A stretch of 64,000 bases of DNA from NCBI GenBank assembly GCA_021796275.1, contig JAJYOI010000001.1:6803-70802 (forward strand), written 5' to 3'. Made by a program: the position numbers and the translations under genes. The notes beneath the pieces were generated by a model. The model worked only from the letters and a program-made list of their open reading frames with translations. It was not told the DNA's origin and searched no databases. Origin of the DNA: Bacteroidota bacterium. Lineage in GTDB: Bacteria > Bacteroidota > Ignavibacteria > UBA10030 > UBA8401. This document shows positions 38,249 to 49,197 of this stretch, piece after piece (the first letter of the stretch is position 1; each line of letters starts with the position of its first letter).

Positions 38249-38896
38249 ATGAAACTCGACCGGTTTATCAAAGTCCTGCTTCCGCACGACGAAACATTTT
38301 TTTCCCTTTTTGAAGAATCAGCACAAAATCTTGTCACGGCAGCTGCCATAATGAAAAAGCTTGCTGCCGCAAAGACAAAAACAGAACAAGAAAAATTCGT
38401 TCAAGAAATTCGTGGCTGTGAACATGCGGGTGATTCAATTACACACAAGATTTTTTCCGAACTAAACGGAACATTTGTAACACCCTTTGACCGTGAGGAT
38501 ATTCACCTTCTCGCTTATTCACTCGACGAAATTATGGACCAAATTGACGGCTCGGCCCGGCGGTTCTATTTATATAAATTAAAAAAATGGCCTAAAAATT
38601 CGGTTCAGCTCATCAAGATCATTGAAAAATCTGTTTCAGAACTTCGAAGTGGCGTAACTCTTTTACGGAATCTTCAACAAATTGACGAGCTGCAAAAAGT
38701 TTTTACAACTGTCAACGAATATGAAAACGAAGCGGACACTGTCTTTGAGGAGGCAATGGTAGGACTTTTTGGAAAAGAAAGAGATCCTTTCCAGCTTATC
38801 AAACTGAAAGAAGTTTACGTCGGACTGGAAACGGCAACTGACAGTTGTGAAGATGTTGCTAACGTTCTCGAATCAATTGTCATCAAACACGCCTAA
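38249..38896 (+). CDS. DUF47-family (PhoU-like) phosphate-transport regulator
   Basis: 215-aa helical protein immediately upstream of the PiT transporter, which is the canonical DUF47-PiT pair. Confidence 0.7.
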   Translation: MKLDRFIKVLLPHDETFFSLFEESAQNLVTAAAIMKKLAAAKTKTEQEKFVQEIRGCEHAGDSITHKIFSELNGTFVTPFDREDIHLLAYSLDEIMDQIDGSARRFYLYKLKKWPKNSVQLIKIIEKSVSELRSGVTLLRNLQQIDELQKVFTTVNEYENEADTVFEEAMVGLFGKERDPFQLIKLKEVYVGLETATDSCEDVANVLESIVIKHA

Positions 38897-38914
38897 TTAT
38901 TTTTCGAACTCTTT

Positions 38915-39910
38915 ATGTTGACGCCGTTCGTCCTTCTCATCATTCTTATTGCGCTTGTATTCGATTTTCTCAATGGGTTCCACGATGCCGCAAACTCAAT
39001 AGCAACGATCGTTTCGACACGCGTTTTGACTCCACGCAAAGCAGTGGTGTGGGCGGCATTCTTTAATTTTGCCGCAGCATTTTTGTTCGGAGAGAGCGTT
39101 GCTGCAACTGTTGGCAAAGGATTGGTCAAGCTGGAATTGATTAATGAGTATGTCATTCTTTGCGGTTTATTAGGCGCAATTTTTTGGGACATCATCACGT
39201 GGTATTTCGGACTTCCGACAAGCTCTTCACATGCTTTAATGGGCGGTTACGCAGGCGCCGCAATCGCAAAAGCAGGCTTCGGCTCAATTTTGTACGGAGG
39301 ATGGACAAATACGCTTATCTTTATGGTGGTCGCGCCTATTATGGGAATGGTGATTGGATTCACAATCAAGGTAACATTAATGTGGATGTTTCATCACCGG
39401 CCTTCGTCAAAAATCAATCATGCGTTTCGCAGGCTTCAGCTTCTTTCAGCCGCGGCTTTGAGTTTAGGCCACGGCGCAAATGATTCACAGAAAACTATGG
39501 GCGTTATTACCGGATTGCTTGTAACAGCGGGAGTGCTGAAAACATTTGTCGTCCCTTTTGAAGTGCTCATTTTATGTTACGTTTCCATTGCACTCGGAAC
39601 ATTATTCGGCGGCTGGAGAATAGTTAAAACGATGGGGCAAAAGGTAACCAAACTGAAAACGTCCGACGGATTTGCAGCAGAAGGTGCCGGCGCCGTTACG
39701 CTCCTCATGACCGCGATAAGCGGTATTGCTGTCAGCACAACACACACAATCACTGGAGCAATTATGGGCGTTGGTGCAACAAAAAGACTTTCCGCTGTTC
39801 GATGGGGTATAGCGGGAAGGATAGTGATGGCATGGATTCTTACTATTCCCCTTTCCGCAATTGTTTCTGCGTTACTATACTGGCTGCTCTCCCCATTCTT
39901 TTCTCACTGA
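38915..39910 (+). CDS. Inorganic phosphate transporter, PiT family
   Basis: GFHDAANSIAT and GANDSQKTMG signature motifs. 331 aa with multiple TM helices. Confidence 0.9.
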   Translation: MLTPFVLLIILIALVFDFLNGFHDAANSIATIVSTRVLTPRKAVVWAAFFNFAAAFLFGESVAATVGKGLVKLELINEYVILCGLLGAIFWDIITWYFGLPTSSSHALMGGYAGAAIAKAGFGSILYGGWTNTLIFMVVAPIMGMVIGFTIKVTLMWMFHHRPSSKINHAFRRLQLLSAAALSLGHGANDSQKTMGVITGLLVTAGVLKTFVVPFEVLILCYVSIALGTLFGGWRIVKTMGQKVTKLKTSDGFAAEGAGAVTLLMTAISGIAVSTTHTITGAIMGVGATKRLSAVRWGIAGRIVMAWILTIPLSAIVSALLYWLLSPFFSH

Positions 39911-39932
39911 CACCATATTTCTCTGCTAACCT

Positions 39933-40232
39933 TTATCCTTGCGGCGCTGCAGCAGAATCGCTTGCTGTGGCAGGAGTTGGCGACTGTTCTTTTTTCCGAT
40001 AAATGATTCCAACAGGAATAATAACACAGTACCCAATAATCAGAACAACGGGAGCGAGTGTCAAAGCAAGAAAGCCATCCCATGGGTCGGTACCGAGAAG
40101 AATATAGCCAAGAATAATTGTAGCGATGCCGGCAATCAAAATTTTGTAATTTGTCGGGCCAAGAGGAAGGATTTCAATTTTTGCTTTCCTTTTGGCCGCC
40201 AATCGTTCTTTTTCTTTTATCACTTTTGCCAT
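39933..40232 (-). CDS. Small membrane protein with 2 TM helices
   Basis: 99-aa ORF. Basic N-terminus (KEKERLAAKRKAK) then two hydrophobic helices. Confidence 0.4.
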   Translation of the reverse strand: MAKVIKEKERLAAKRKAKIEILPLGPTNYKILIAGIATIILGYILLGTDPWDGFLALTLAPVVLIIGYCVIIPVGIIYRKKEQSPTPATASDSAAAPQG

Positions 40233-40314
40233 GTAATTTACCTCTCAATAGTATCCGGTTAGATGATGTTATGTCGGAAAATGTTCCGTAATAATATTCA
40301 AAATTTTACAAATA

Positions 40315-40350
40315 AAAAAGCCCGGTGTGGGGGGGCACCGAGCTCGACCC
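40315..40350 (-). terminator. Rho-independent terminator on the minus strand (tcggtg/caccgg stem, C-rich loop, then GCUUUUUU) in the 3' UTR of the GH13-like gene
   Basis: Read from the reverse complement of aaaaaagcccggtgtgggggggcaccgag. A further imperfect long-range stem (gttcgaccc/gggtcgagc) lies upstream of it. Confidence 0.45.
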
Positions 40351-40480
40351 TTTTAATGTGCAACAATCAGGGGAGGAATTGCCGCACGGGTCGAACGTAA
40401 ATATAATGATAATTCTTGCAGAGTCAAGAGTCTTAAGAAATATTTTTCTTTCTGGTTAAACAACTGCGAATCAGAAAAAA

Positions 40481-43400
40481 TCATCCGACGCGCCCTTCCG
40501 CAAGCAAATCTTGCAGGCGTTCCACCTGGAACTTCGACTTCAGGGATAACTGTTCAAGAACTTTAATTTCCGCATGGACTGCCGCTGCAAATTTAGTGAG
40601 GCGTTCGGTTTTTTCAGCTACCGCCGTTTGAATTAATACGATGCGTGCAAACCAATGCAATATTTTTTCGAATTGTTCCTTGCTAAAGTACCACACACCT
40701 CCATATAAATTAACTTTAAGAAAATCACGTACAAAAGAATCGTTAAAAAGCTTCTCTATAACTAATCTCCACGACTTAACATCAACGTTTTCGAATTGAG
40801 ATGCATGACGCAATAAAACATGAAAAAGCACTTCTCTGTTTTCTGATGAAACTTTTCGGCGATCTGCTTCGATCATCCCTCGAACAATTTCCGGCAACCG
40901 CAATCTCTCAAAAACCAGATCGCTGTCTTTTAACGTTGTCTTTCGGGAAAGAACATCCATGATGATCCACAGAAAGAGAATTTTTGCTTCTTCCAATGTG
41001 AGAGCCTTATGCAGTAACAATCTTCCGGAAGCTTTTCGAGAACGCTGGCGTTGGCGTTGCGAATCGTGAACAATGCGCTCGACCGCCTGCACTTTTTCCT
41101 TCAGCGCTTGTGCAGCGTATTCCTTATCGAATTGATCACCAAGAAATGGGTACACATCATTTCCTAACTGCACAAATAATCGTTCAATCTGGCTAACTTC
41201 AACCTCGTCGAAAATGAATTTTTTCGATCGAGAAGCAAAGCTCTTCGCAAAACTTTCAATAAATTGATGCCTGAGAATTTTCTCGAACTGTTTATGAATT
41301 GGCGCCAGCCGCAATTGTTCCAACTCACTATAAATGCTGGACATGCCCCGCCCTTTTTGACGGCGCGTGAGCATTTCATACTCACCATTGGAATCAAACA
41401 CCTCTCGAAAATCAAGAAAAATATGATACTGAAATGCTTTCAGTTCGACATACAATCCTTGCTCATATAATTCCGCGCCCGAACGAATGTATTCAAGATT
41501 CGATTTGAAATCTTTGAAGATGTAATATACATTTGGCGACGAATTAAGGCGAAGCGCCTCACCTAACGTTTTCACACCAACTGCTTTCACACCATTTTCC
41601 CGCACATACAATTTTGGCGACGCTGTTCGAATCCACCCTTTGCATTCTTCATATTTGTTGTGATACACAATCAACGCGCGCTCGTTGCCCGCAACGTTCG
41701 AATAAGCAAAAACATTGTCGTTCACAGTGCCGCGCGCATCAACAAAATCGTACAGCTCAAAATTATCAACTTGGCTGAAAAGATACCGCTTGCTCATGAT
41801 CGGAAAAATTTCCTGCTCGTGCCGTCTAATCAAATGCTCATCAGCCGATTCATTATAGTACGCACGTTTGTATTCCATGCCGTATTTTTCCGTTAAGCCT
41901 TCAATCTGGCCGTGAGCAAACATCGGAAGCCCGGGTAACGTCACCATCATGAGCGCGGCACCGAAATATTTATCGTCTTTCCCGAACTGGGCCATGGCAG
42001 TTTGTTCATCAGGATTGCTCATAAAGTTGACATAGCGCTTCAGGATTTCCGGATTGTAATCGAGTGTATTTTTTATGAGCTGGCGGTATTTTCCGTTTTC
42101 TTCCTTCATCAACATGTGCATGAATGCACTGTTATAGACACGATGCATTCCGAGCGTTCGAACAAAATATCCTTCCATCAGCCAAAACGCTTCTGCAAGC
42201 AGCAGCGTGTCTGGCATTTCAGCATTGATACGGTCAACAACGTCTCTCCAAAATTCATTGGAAAAAAGTTTGTCGAATTCATCCCGGCTTAACGCGTGAT
42301 CGGCGCGCGATGGAATGTCGCCGCCGGTTCCCGGTTGCGGATACCACAAACGTTGATAATGTTTTTTTGTCAACGTCATCGCCGCATCAAACCGGATAAT
42401 CGGAAATTTTCTTGCAACATGAAAAATAGTCTGGATCAATGCTTCGCGCACTTCAGCTTTCAATAAATCAAGCTGTGCCGTGTCATTCCACGGCATGCTC
42501 GTGCCATCGTTCCCGTGATAAATGTATGTTACCTTCCCCGTCGCTCGATCAATACGCTGAAAAACAACCGCCGCGTCCGAGCGCCGCCAGTAACCGTCTT
42601 CAATGCGAAGCTCAACCCGCGAGTCGTGCGAAAGATTTTCTCCTGTAAAGCGATAATTGGGAAACGGGCTGTAGTCAGATTGAATAAAAAATTCAGGATG
42701 CTCGATGATCCAACGCGAATATATTCCCATGTGATTAGGTACCATGTCGCCGGCAAGCCGGATTCCTCTTTGCCATGCACGTGCTTTCAAATTTTGAAAC
42801 GCTGCTTCACCGCCAAGATCATTCGCAATTTCATATTCGAATAAAGAATACGCGGAAGGAACAGCTTCCGGATTTCCGGTCAATTGTTTTATCCTCTGCG
42901 AGGCAGTGCTTCGTTCCCACAAGCCGATGAGCCACAGAGCGGTGAAATTCCATCGCGCAAGCTGGTCCAATTCTTCATCAGGAATTTGATCAAGCCGCGT
43001 GATGGATCGTTGATATTTTTTAGATAACTGATCAAGCCAGACATACGAATTTTTCGCAAGCAGCACAACCCTCGGCATCCAGTCGGTGTCAGAAGTAAAT
43101 CGTTCGTACTCCGGTGAATCATAATGCGCGCCGCCTTCATCATGTTTGAATGTAGGAACCGGCGGAAGGGCAGCACCGCCTTGAGGAAACAGTTTCGATT
43201 CTTCCGCAAGAAAATCCATTCCGCTCAAAATACGATTCAGATACTTCGTGGAAAGTATCATTCCCCACCTGCGCCGAATAAATTGAAGCTGTGCTTCTAA
43301 GCTATCGGGATGGGCAAGAATTGGCGCACGCAGCAATTCGAATAACGATTGATGATCAGGTCCAAAAGGCTTTTCGTTTTTGAAAAAATTCTCGAGCGAT

Positions 43401-44052
43401 GTAACAACTTCGGTGTACATCGTGCGGGATGACAACTCAGCATCATCAAAAAGCTCTTTGAGCGGAGAAAACGCAGGATTAACATTAGCGAAGTATAAAA
43501 GAACAATTTCTTCGAGCGTTACGAGGCGGTTCGCACGATTTCCAGACACGCCCGCAAGAAATTCACCAGGCGATTTTAGTTTTCTATGAATTTCTACTGT
43601 CGGAAATTTTCCAACAAATACCGTGAGCAGCTCATCCAGTTTTTGTTTCTTAAGAGTACGAAGCAGCGCATTTTCAGCGCGTAGAAAAACTCCGGGGCTT
43701 GCTGTTTCTTCGTACAACCGGACAACAAAATGAAAAATCTCATCGATTAATCCCATTGCATTAACATGTCCGGCACGCACCGCCTTCTTCGGATCACGCT
43801 GCTCGTTTATTTTTTGCGTGAAGACTCTGACTGCTCGGAAATCAGGAAAAATCACATTGCCGGCAGTTGAAAATAATGAGTCGCTAAACTGATATTTATC
43901 TCTTGCTGAAGCGTGAATATGAAATTCGTAGCAGGGAAAATTTTGACGGGACGTTGGAAATGTTCCAAGCCGGGACAAGGTAATGACGAGAGGAAGCGAA
44001 TTACATTCCCGCCGTGTGAAGATTCCGTTGAATAAGGTTTTTGACTTCATTG
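40481..44052 (-). CDS. Very large (about 1190 aa) GH13-superfamily (alpha-amylase-like) glucan-active enzyme. It has an N-terminal extension of about 400 aa and a C-terminal extension of about 400 aa.
   Basis: GH13 conserved regions: I GDMVPNHMG, II IIRFDAAMTLTKKH (nucleophile Asp), III LLAEAFW (acid/base Glu), IV NFMSNPDE. Start taken at MKSKTLF (ATG 44052). Confidence 0.55.
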
Positions 44053-44280
44053 GGAAATGATGATGTATGGTACGCAATCGTGACACATATTTCAATCTTT
44101 GAGATATTTCATCACTGCCTCTAAAAAAAACTGCCCACAGAAAAATTCCATGAGCAGTCAATTGTTAGCGAATCTTCTTCTTGTGCCGCATCTTCCGCAA
44201 GCGTTTTTTTCGCTTGTGTGTCGCCATTTTATGGCGTTTGCGCTTTTTTCCACTTGGCATAAGTGTTCTCCGTGTTTAGT

Positions 44281-45138
44281 TTATTGAATTTGTGAATGTT
44301 CTGAAAGTATGTCTTTTGCTCGTTGCGCAATTGTCGTCGTTGAATCTATTTTAATAGCTTTCCTTAACCATTCATTCGATTGCTGAACGTTGCCCATATT
44401 CAAATTGACAATGCCAAGATTGAACATTGCCATTTGATGCTTCGGGTCGTATTTCAAAGCAGTCTGCATTTCCTTTGCGGCAGTCGGCGCGTCGCCGGTT
44501 TCGAGATAACAAATTCCCATATCTACACGCGCGTTTGGATCTTCAGGTTTCTTTGCAAGATATTTTTTGTACATCTCAATCGCGCGGGGATAAAAATGCG
44601 CATCGTGCAGCATGTTCGCAAGGTGAAGCATCGCCTGAGTATCATTCGGATTTGCGTCTACCGTTTTTTGCATCGCATCAATATCGGCAAGCATCGTCGG
44701 ACTGACGGACACGCTGTTCGCAGTCGGCGATTCAGACGGCATCTCTTTCGGCGTATTCCGCAATTCGCCGATGACAACCACAATAATAATCACTGCCGCG
44801 GCAGCTATTGCCAGCCAATGCCACGGTTCAAGTTTCATCGATTTCGCTTTTTGCTTCTTGCCACCTTCACTCTTGTGTTTTATCGGCTGTACGCTTTTCT
44901 CCGCTTTCACTTGCTGCCTGGAAAGCGACGAACCGCATGCAGAACAGTTTTTATTCGAATTCGGATTGGGGACGCCGCACGACGGGCAAATGACAATCCC
45001 CTTTTCCATCTGCGCCGGCTCACCGGCGGATTCAGATTCTACCCAGTCAACGGGACTGCCGCATCGTACACAAAATCGGTCATGCAGGCGAATCGGACTG
45101 CCGCATTGACCACACAAAATTGTTGGTTGAATTGCCAC
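44281..45138 (-). CDS. Membrane protein with two N-terminal zinc-ribbons, one TM helix and C-terminal TPR repeats
   Basis: CGQCGSPI...CVRCGSP and CPSCG...CSACGS CxxC pairs. TM WHWLAIAAAAVIIIVVVIG. Three TPR-like repeats at the C-terminus. Confidence 0.65.
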   Translation of the reverse strand: MAIQPTILCGQCGSPIRLHDRFCVRCGSPVDWVESESAGEPAQMEKGIVICPSCGVPNPNSNKNCSACGSSLSRQQVKAEKSVQPIKHKSEGGKKQKAKSMKLEPWHWLAIAAAAVIIIVVVIGELRNTPKEMPSESPTANSVSVSPTMLADIDAMQKTVDANPNDTQAMLHLANMLHDAHFYPRAIEMYKKYLAKKPEDPNARVDMGICYLETGDAPTAAKEMQTALKYDPKHQMAMFNLGIVNLNMGNVQQSNEWLRKAIKIDSTTTIAQRAKDILSEHSQIQ

Positions 45139-45157
45139 GCAAACTCCTGAAAAAATC

Positions 45158-45454
45158 TCAGCCTAATGTCTTCTTAAGATTTTCATTGACAAGCATCTTC
45201 AATTCTTTCGATACTTTGAAGATCGGGACATAATGTTCTTCGACCTTCACTTGCTCGCCCGTCCTCGGATTGCGCGCCACTCTTCCCTTTCTCTTTTTCA
45301 CTTTGAAGCTGCCAAAGCCGCGAATCTCGATATTCTTTCCATCGCGCAAAGAAGTAATCACAGTTTGGATGAAACCATCAACAACCGCTTCCGTTTCCAC
45401 CTTCGTCAAACCGGTGCCAGAAGCAATGATGTCAACAATATCGGCTTTCGTCAC
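45158..45454 (-). CDS. HU/IHF-family DNA-binding protein
   Basis: 98 aa. ...GFGSFKVKKRKGRVARNPRTGEQVKV... beta-arm signature. Confidence 0.9.
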   Translation of the reverse strand: MTKADIVDIIASGTGLTKVETEAVVDGFIQTVITSLRDGKNIEIRGFGSFKVKKRKGRVARNPRTGEQVKVEEHYVPIFKVSKELKMLVNENLKKTLG

Positions 45455-45472
45455 GTGTTTTCTCCTATGCTG

Positions 45473-46375
45473 TTATGGTTGAGTAAGTTTGTATTGCAAT
45501 ATCGGCTGATTCAAAACCTCTTCTTTTAATCCTGAAATTTCATTCTTCACGCTTCCCATTAAAACGTCGAGAAGTCTTTCTTTCTTTCGCTCTTTGATAA
45601 GACGCGGTGTTCCGGAAATTCCCGCCAGGTCCGCGGCAATGGATATCGCATCTTCGTACGTTCCGAGAGTATCAATCAAACCAACTTCGTATGCTTTTTT
45701 TCCGGTGAAGACGCGTCCGTCGGCAAGTTCTTTTGCCTTCGCAGGAGAAAGCTTGCGCTCAGTTTCAACGACATTCAAAAATTGCTGATATACATCGTCA
45801 ATTGTTTCCTGAAAATATTTTTTATCCTCTTCAGAAAACGGACGGTATGGCGAACCGGTATCCTTGAATTTTCCGCTCTTGACTGTCGTCGAGCCGATCC
45901 CGATTTTGTTGAAAAGTTGATTGAAGTTGAGAAATTCTGAGATGACACCAATACTTCCCGTAAGTGTCCCCGGGTTTGCAACAATTTTAGTTGCACCAAG
46001 TGAAACGTAATATCCACCGCTTGCCGCAACAGAACCCATCGAAACAACAACCGGCTTTCCGCTGTCACGGGTTTTTTTCACTTCCTCATAAATTTCCTGG
46101 CTTGCAGAAACGCCGCCACCCGGCGACTCAATACGAAAAACAATTGCTTTGACCGAATTGTCTTCCCGGTATTTTTTGAATTGACGAACGATGTCCTCTG
46201 AAGAAACAATCTGTTCTTTCAATTCCACAATAGCAATCGTCCCTCCGGTCCCCGAAGAATATTCTTCATCGTTCTCACTGTGGAAAAGGAAGAAAAGGAC
46301 CGCCGCCCAAAACAAAATGAAAACCAGAAAAACTGCCCCAATGCTTCCCAACACCCATTTCGTTGTTTTCGTCAT
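45473..46375 (-). CDS. sppA: Signal peptide peptidase SppA (36K type)
   Basis: N-terminal TM, then a ClpP/crotonase-fold region with GSVAASGGYYVS and the catalytic Ser/Lys context. Confidence 0.85.
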   Translation of the reverse strand: MTKTTKWVLGSIGAVFLVFILFWAAVLFFLFHSENDEEYSSGTGGTIAIVELKEQIVSSEDIVRQFKKYREDNSVKAIVFRIESPGGGVSASQEIYEEVKKTRDSGKPVVVSMGSVAASGGYYVSLGATKIVANPGTLTGSIGVISEFLNFNQLFNKIGIGSTTVKSGKFKDTGSPYRPFSEEDKKYFQETIDDVYQQFLNVVETERKLSPAKAKELADGRVFTGKKAYEVGLIDTLGTYEDAISIAADLAGISGTPRLIKERKKERLLDVLMGSVKNEISGLKEEVLNQPILQYKLTQP

Positions 46376-46561
46376 AGAAATATAATCAAGGACGCTAAGT
46401 TGTTGAAATTGCTTGAATTATATGAAAATCAAACACGAATGTCAAATGAACTTGACGGAAATTTATTCAAAAAAATTGGTTGCCGCCATTTTGGCTCATA
46501 ATTGTCTTTGGGAAATAGAAATTTGAAGGGTAAAAAACGACCGACGGTGAACGAAAAAGCC

Positions 46562-48844
46562 CTAAATCTTTGTCATGCGCAAGCGCAGAGAGTTGGATAC
46601 AACACTGACGGAACTAAATGCCATTGCGCCTGCGGCGATGATCGGATTCAACATTCCAAACGCCGCGAGAGGAATACCGATGACATTATAAATGAATGCC
46701 CAAAAAAGATTTTGCTTGATTGTTGAAAGAGTTTTTCCAGACAATTTCATCGCCTGCACAACGCCGTTAAGGTCGGATTTCATTAACGTGATATCGGCGG
46801 TTTCCATTGCGACATCAGTGCCGGTTCCCATCGCAATGCCAATGTCGGCTTGGGCAAGTGCCGGCGCGTCGTTGATGCCATCTCCGACCATTGCAACAAT
46901 TTTTCCCTCCTGCTGCAATTCTTTGATGCGGCTCGCTTTTTCACCGGGAAGAACTTCTGCAATCACGCGGCGGATGCCGACTTGCTGCGCTATGTTGTGC
47001 GCTGCTTGCCGTGAATCGCCGGTCAGCATCACAGTCTCTATCCCTATTTTCCCCAATGACGCAATTGCTGATTTTGAACTTGACTGAACTGTATCGGCAA
47101 CTGCAATAATTCCCGCCGATTTACCATTAACGGCAACAAACATCGGGGTTTTTCCTTCTGACTCAAATCGTGTTGCAGCACTTTCGCCATCAGATGTTTC
47201 GACTGAAAATTCCTGCATGAGTTTTCTATTTCCGACCGCAATCGCATTGCCGCCGATTGAGCCGACTATTCCCATGCCCGGATGTGACACAAAAGACTGA
47301 ACTTCAACAGCGGCAATTCCTTTCCCATTCACGAACGAAACAATTGCGGCGGCGAGAGGATGCTCTGATTTTTTTTCGACGGATGCTGTGAGGCGGAAAA
47401 ATTCATTCTCATCAATCCCGTCCATGAGTTTCACATCTGTCACGGACGGCTTCCCCATTGTCACCGTTCCGGTTTTATCGAAAACAACTGTTTGAACTTT
47501 ATGAAGACGCTCGAGACTATCGGCATTTTTAATAAGAACACCGCTCGAAGCGCCGCGGCCCGTTCCGACCATGATTGCCGTCGGCGTGGCAAGCCCAAGA
47601 GCGCACGGACACGCAATGATCAGCACCGCAATAAAATTTATCATCGCCGGAGTGAAACCAATTCCTCCCACAAAATACCAAAGCAAGAAAGTAACGACCG
47701 CAATTCCAATGACAATCGGAACAAACACAGAAGCAATTTTATCGGCAAGCGACTGGATCGGCGCTTTCGAACCTTGTGCTTCCTCCACCAATTTAATGAT
47801 GTGTGCGATCACCGTATCTTTTCCAATCGCCGCCGCACGGAATTCAATGCTTCCGTTGTTATTGATTGTTCCACCAACAACTTTATCGTCAATGTTTTTT
47901 TCAACCGGAATGCTTTCTCCCGTGATCATTGACTCATCAATTGAAGTGTAACCCTTCGTGACAATTCCATCAACCGGGATTTTTTCTCCGGGGCGCACAA
48001 GAACAATGTCGTTCACCATCACATCGCTAACAGATATATCACTTTCGATTCCTTTGCGAATTACACGTGCTGTTTTCGGCTGCAAACCGAGCAATTTTTT
48101 GATCGCATCCGATGTTTTGCTCTTTGCCCGCGCTTCAAAAACTCGCCCCATCAAAATCAAAGTAATAATTGTTGCCGCCGTGTCAAAATACACTGAGTGC
48201 ATTTCATTCTTGAAACCAAGCCAATGCGGGAAAAGCACGACGATAACACTATAAACGTACGCTACTCCGGTTCCGACAGCTACAAGTGTATTCATATCAG
48301 CAGAAAAATGTTTCACCAATCGCCATGCGGAAATATAAAATCGTTTGCCGGGAACAAACACAACGATCGTCGTCATCATCATAAGAAATTTATTTAGGTC
48401 GTCTATACTCACCGGCGATGCCTGTTTGAACCACTCCGTCATGCCTGCCATGCTCAACAGAACGAGCGGCACGGCGAGCGAAAGGCTGAAGATAAAATCT
48501 CGTTTCAATTCTTGATACGCTTTTTCCTGATGCGAAGGAGCACTGTGCGCTACACCGCCGCTTTCTTTTTTCTGAATATTTTCCTGTGGAATGACAAGTT
48601 TATACCCGGCTTCTTCCACCGCCGATGTAAGCTCCTCAATCTTGACTTGCGCCGGATCGAATGACAAAGAAACTTTTTCTGTTGCGAGATTAACGCTCGC
48701 TGCCTGAACGCCGTCAACTTTTTTCAGTGCCTTCTCAACGCGTAAAACACAACTTGCACATGTCATTCCTTCAACAGGAAGAGTCAATGTTTCAACCCGT
48801 TGAACGTCAGGCGTACTTTCTATTTCCCATTTTCCATCTTCCAT
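46562..48844 (-). CDS. copA: Copper-translocating P1B-type ATPase
   Basis: N-terminal HMA domain [11 protein letters not shown] motif ([11 protein letters not shown]). DKTGT phosphorylation site. GDGINDAP hinge. Confidence 0.9.
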   Translation of the reverse strand: MEDGKWEIESTPDVQRVETLTLPVEGMTCASCVLRVEKALKKVDGVQAASVNLATEKVSLSFDPAQVKIEELTSAVEEAGYKLVIPQENIQKKESGGVAHSAPSHQEKAYQELKRDFIFSLSLAVPLVLLSMAGMTEWFKQASPVSIDDLNKFLMMMTTIVVFVPGKRFYISAWRLVKHFSADMNTLVAVGTGVAYVYSVIVVLFPHWLGFKNEMHSVYFDTAATIITLILMGRVFEARAKSKTSDAIKKLLGLQPKTARVIRKGIESDISVSDVMVNDIVLVRPGEKIPVDGIVTKGYTSIDESMITGESIPVEKNIDDKVVGGTINNNGSIEFRAAAIGKDTVIAHIIKLVEEAQGSKAPIQSLADKIASVFVPIVIGIAVVTFLLWYFVGGIGFTPAMINFIAVLIIACPCALGLATPTAIMVGTGRGASSGVLIKNADSLERLHKVQTVVFDKTGTVTMGKPSVTDVKLMDGIDENEFFRLTASVEKKSEHPLAAAIVSFVNGKGIAAVEVQSFVSHPGMGIVGSIGGNAIAVGNRKLMQEFSVETSDGESAATRFESEGKTPMFVAVNGKSAGIIAVADTVQSSSKSAIASLGKIGIETVMLTGDSRQAAHNIAQQVGIRRVIAEVLPGEKASRIKELQQEGKIVAMVGDGINDAPALAQADIGIAMGTGTDVAMETADITLMKSDLNGVVQAMKLSGKTLSTIKQNLFWAFIYNVIGIPLAAFGMLNPIIAAGAMAFSSVSVVSNSLRLRMTKI

Positions 48845-48859
48845 TCTTTTACCAATCCA

Positions 48860-49069
48860 TCAATCCAAACCCACAAGCTTATATCCTGCTTCATCAATCG
48901 CGGCGGCGAGCTTTTCTTGCGAGACTTTCGTTTCGTCATACTGCACGCGCGCTTTCCCGATTTGAACATCTTCGACAGTAAGCCCCGCAATTGCCCCCAA
49001 TTCCTTTTTCACCGCCATCACACAATGACCGCAGCTCATTCCTTCAATTTTCAACTCACTCGATTTCAT
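48860..49069 (-). CDS. copZ: Copper chaperone (HMA domain)
   Basis: 69 aa, MKSSELKIEGMSCGHCVMAVKKEL. Confidence 0.8.
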   Translation of the reverse strand: MKSSELKIEGMSCGHCVMAVKKELGAIAGLTVEDVQIGKARVQYDETKVSQEKLAAAIDEAGYKLVGLD

Positions 49070-49197
49070 AACTGTATCTCCTTTCGAAAAATCATCAGTT
49101 CAGTGAATTACTTGATAATAATATAACATCTCTCCCTTGGTACAGCATTATATTTAAATGGAAATGTTTTATAGATTTCTGAGCCTCAAAAAAAGGG

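Noticed and set aside
40384-40397. gggtcgaacg resembling a tRNA T-arm (GGTTCGAA-like)
   Set aside because: It has GTC in place of the invariant TTC. No acceptor, D or anticodon arms can be drawn around it, and there is no CCA context. It is part of a 3' UTR stem instead.
44162-44280. Hairpins cgccat-ttt-atggcg and caagcg-T7-cgcttg with T-runs on the plus strand
   Set aside because: The T-runs follow the stems on the plus strand, which carries no gene there. On the functional minus strand they do not form a terminator. It is probably promoter/leader structure of the GH13-like gene.
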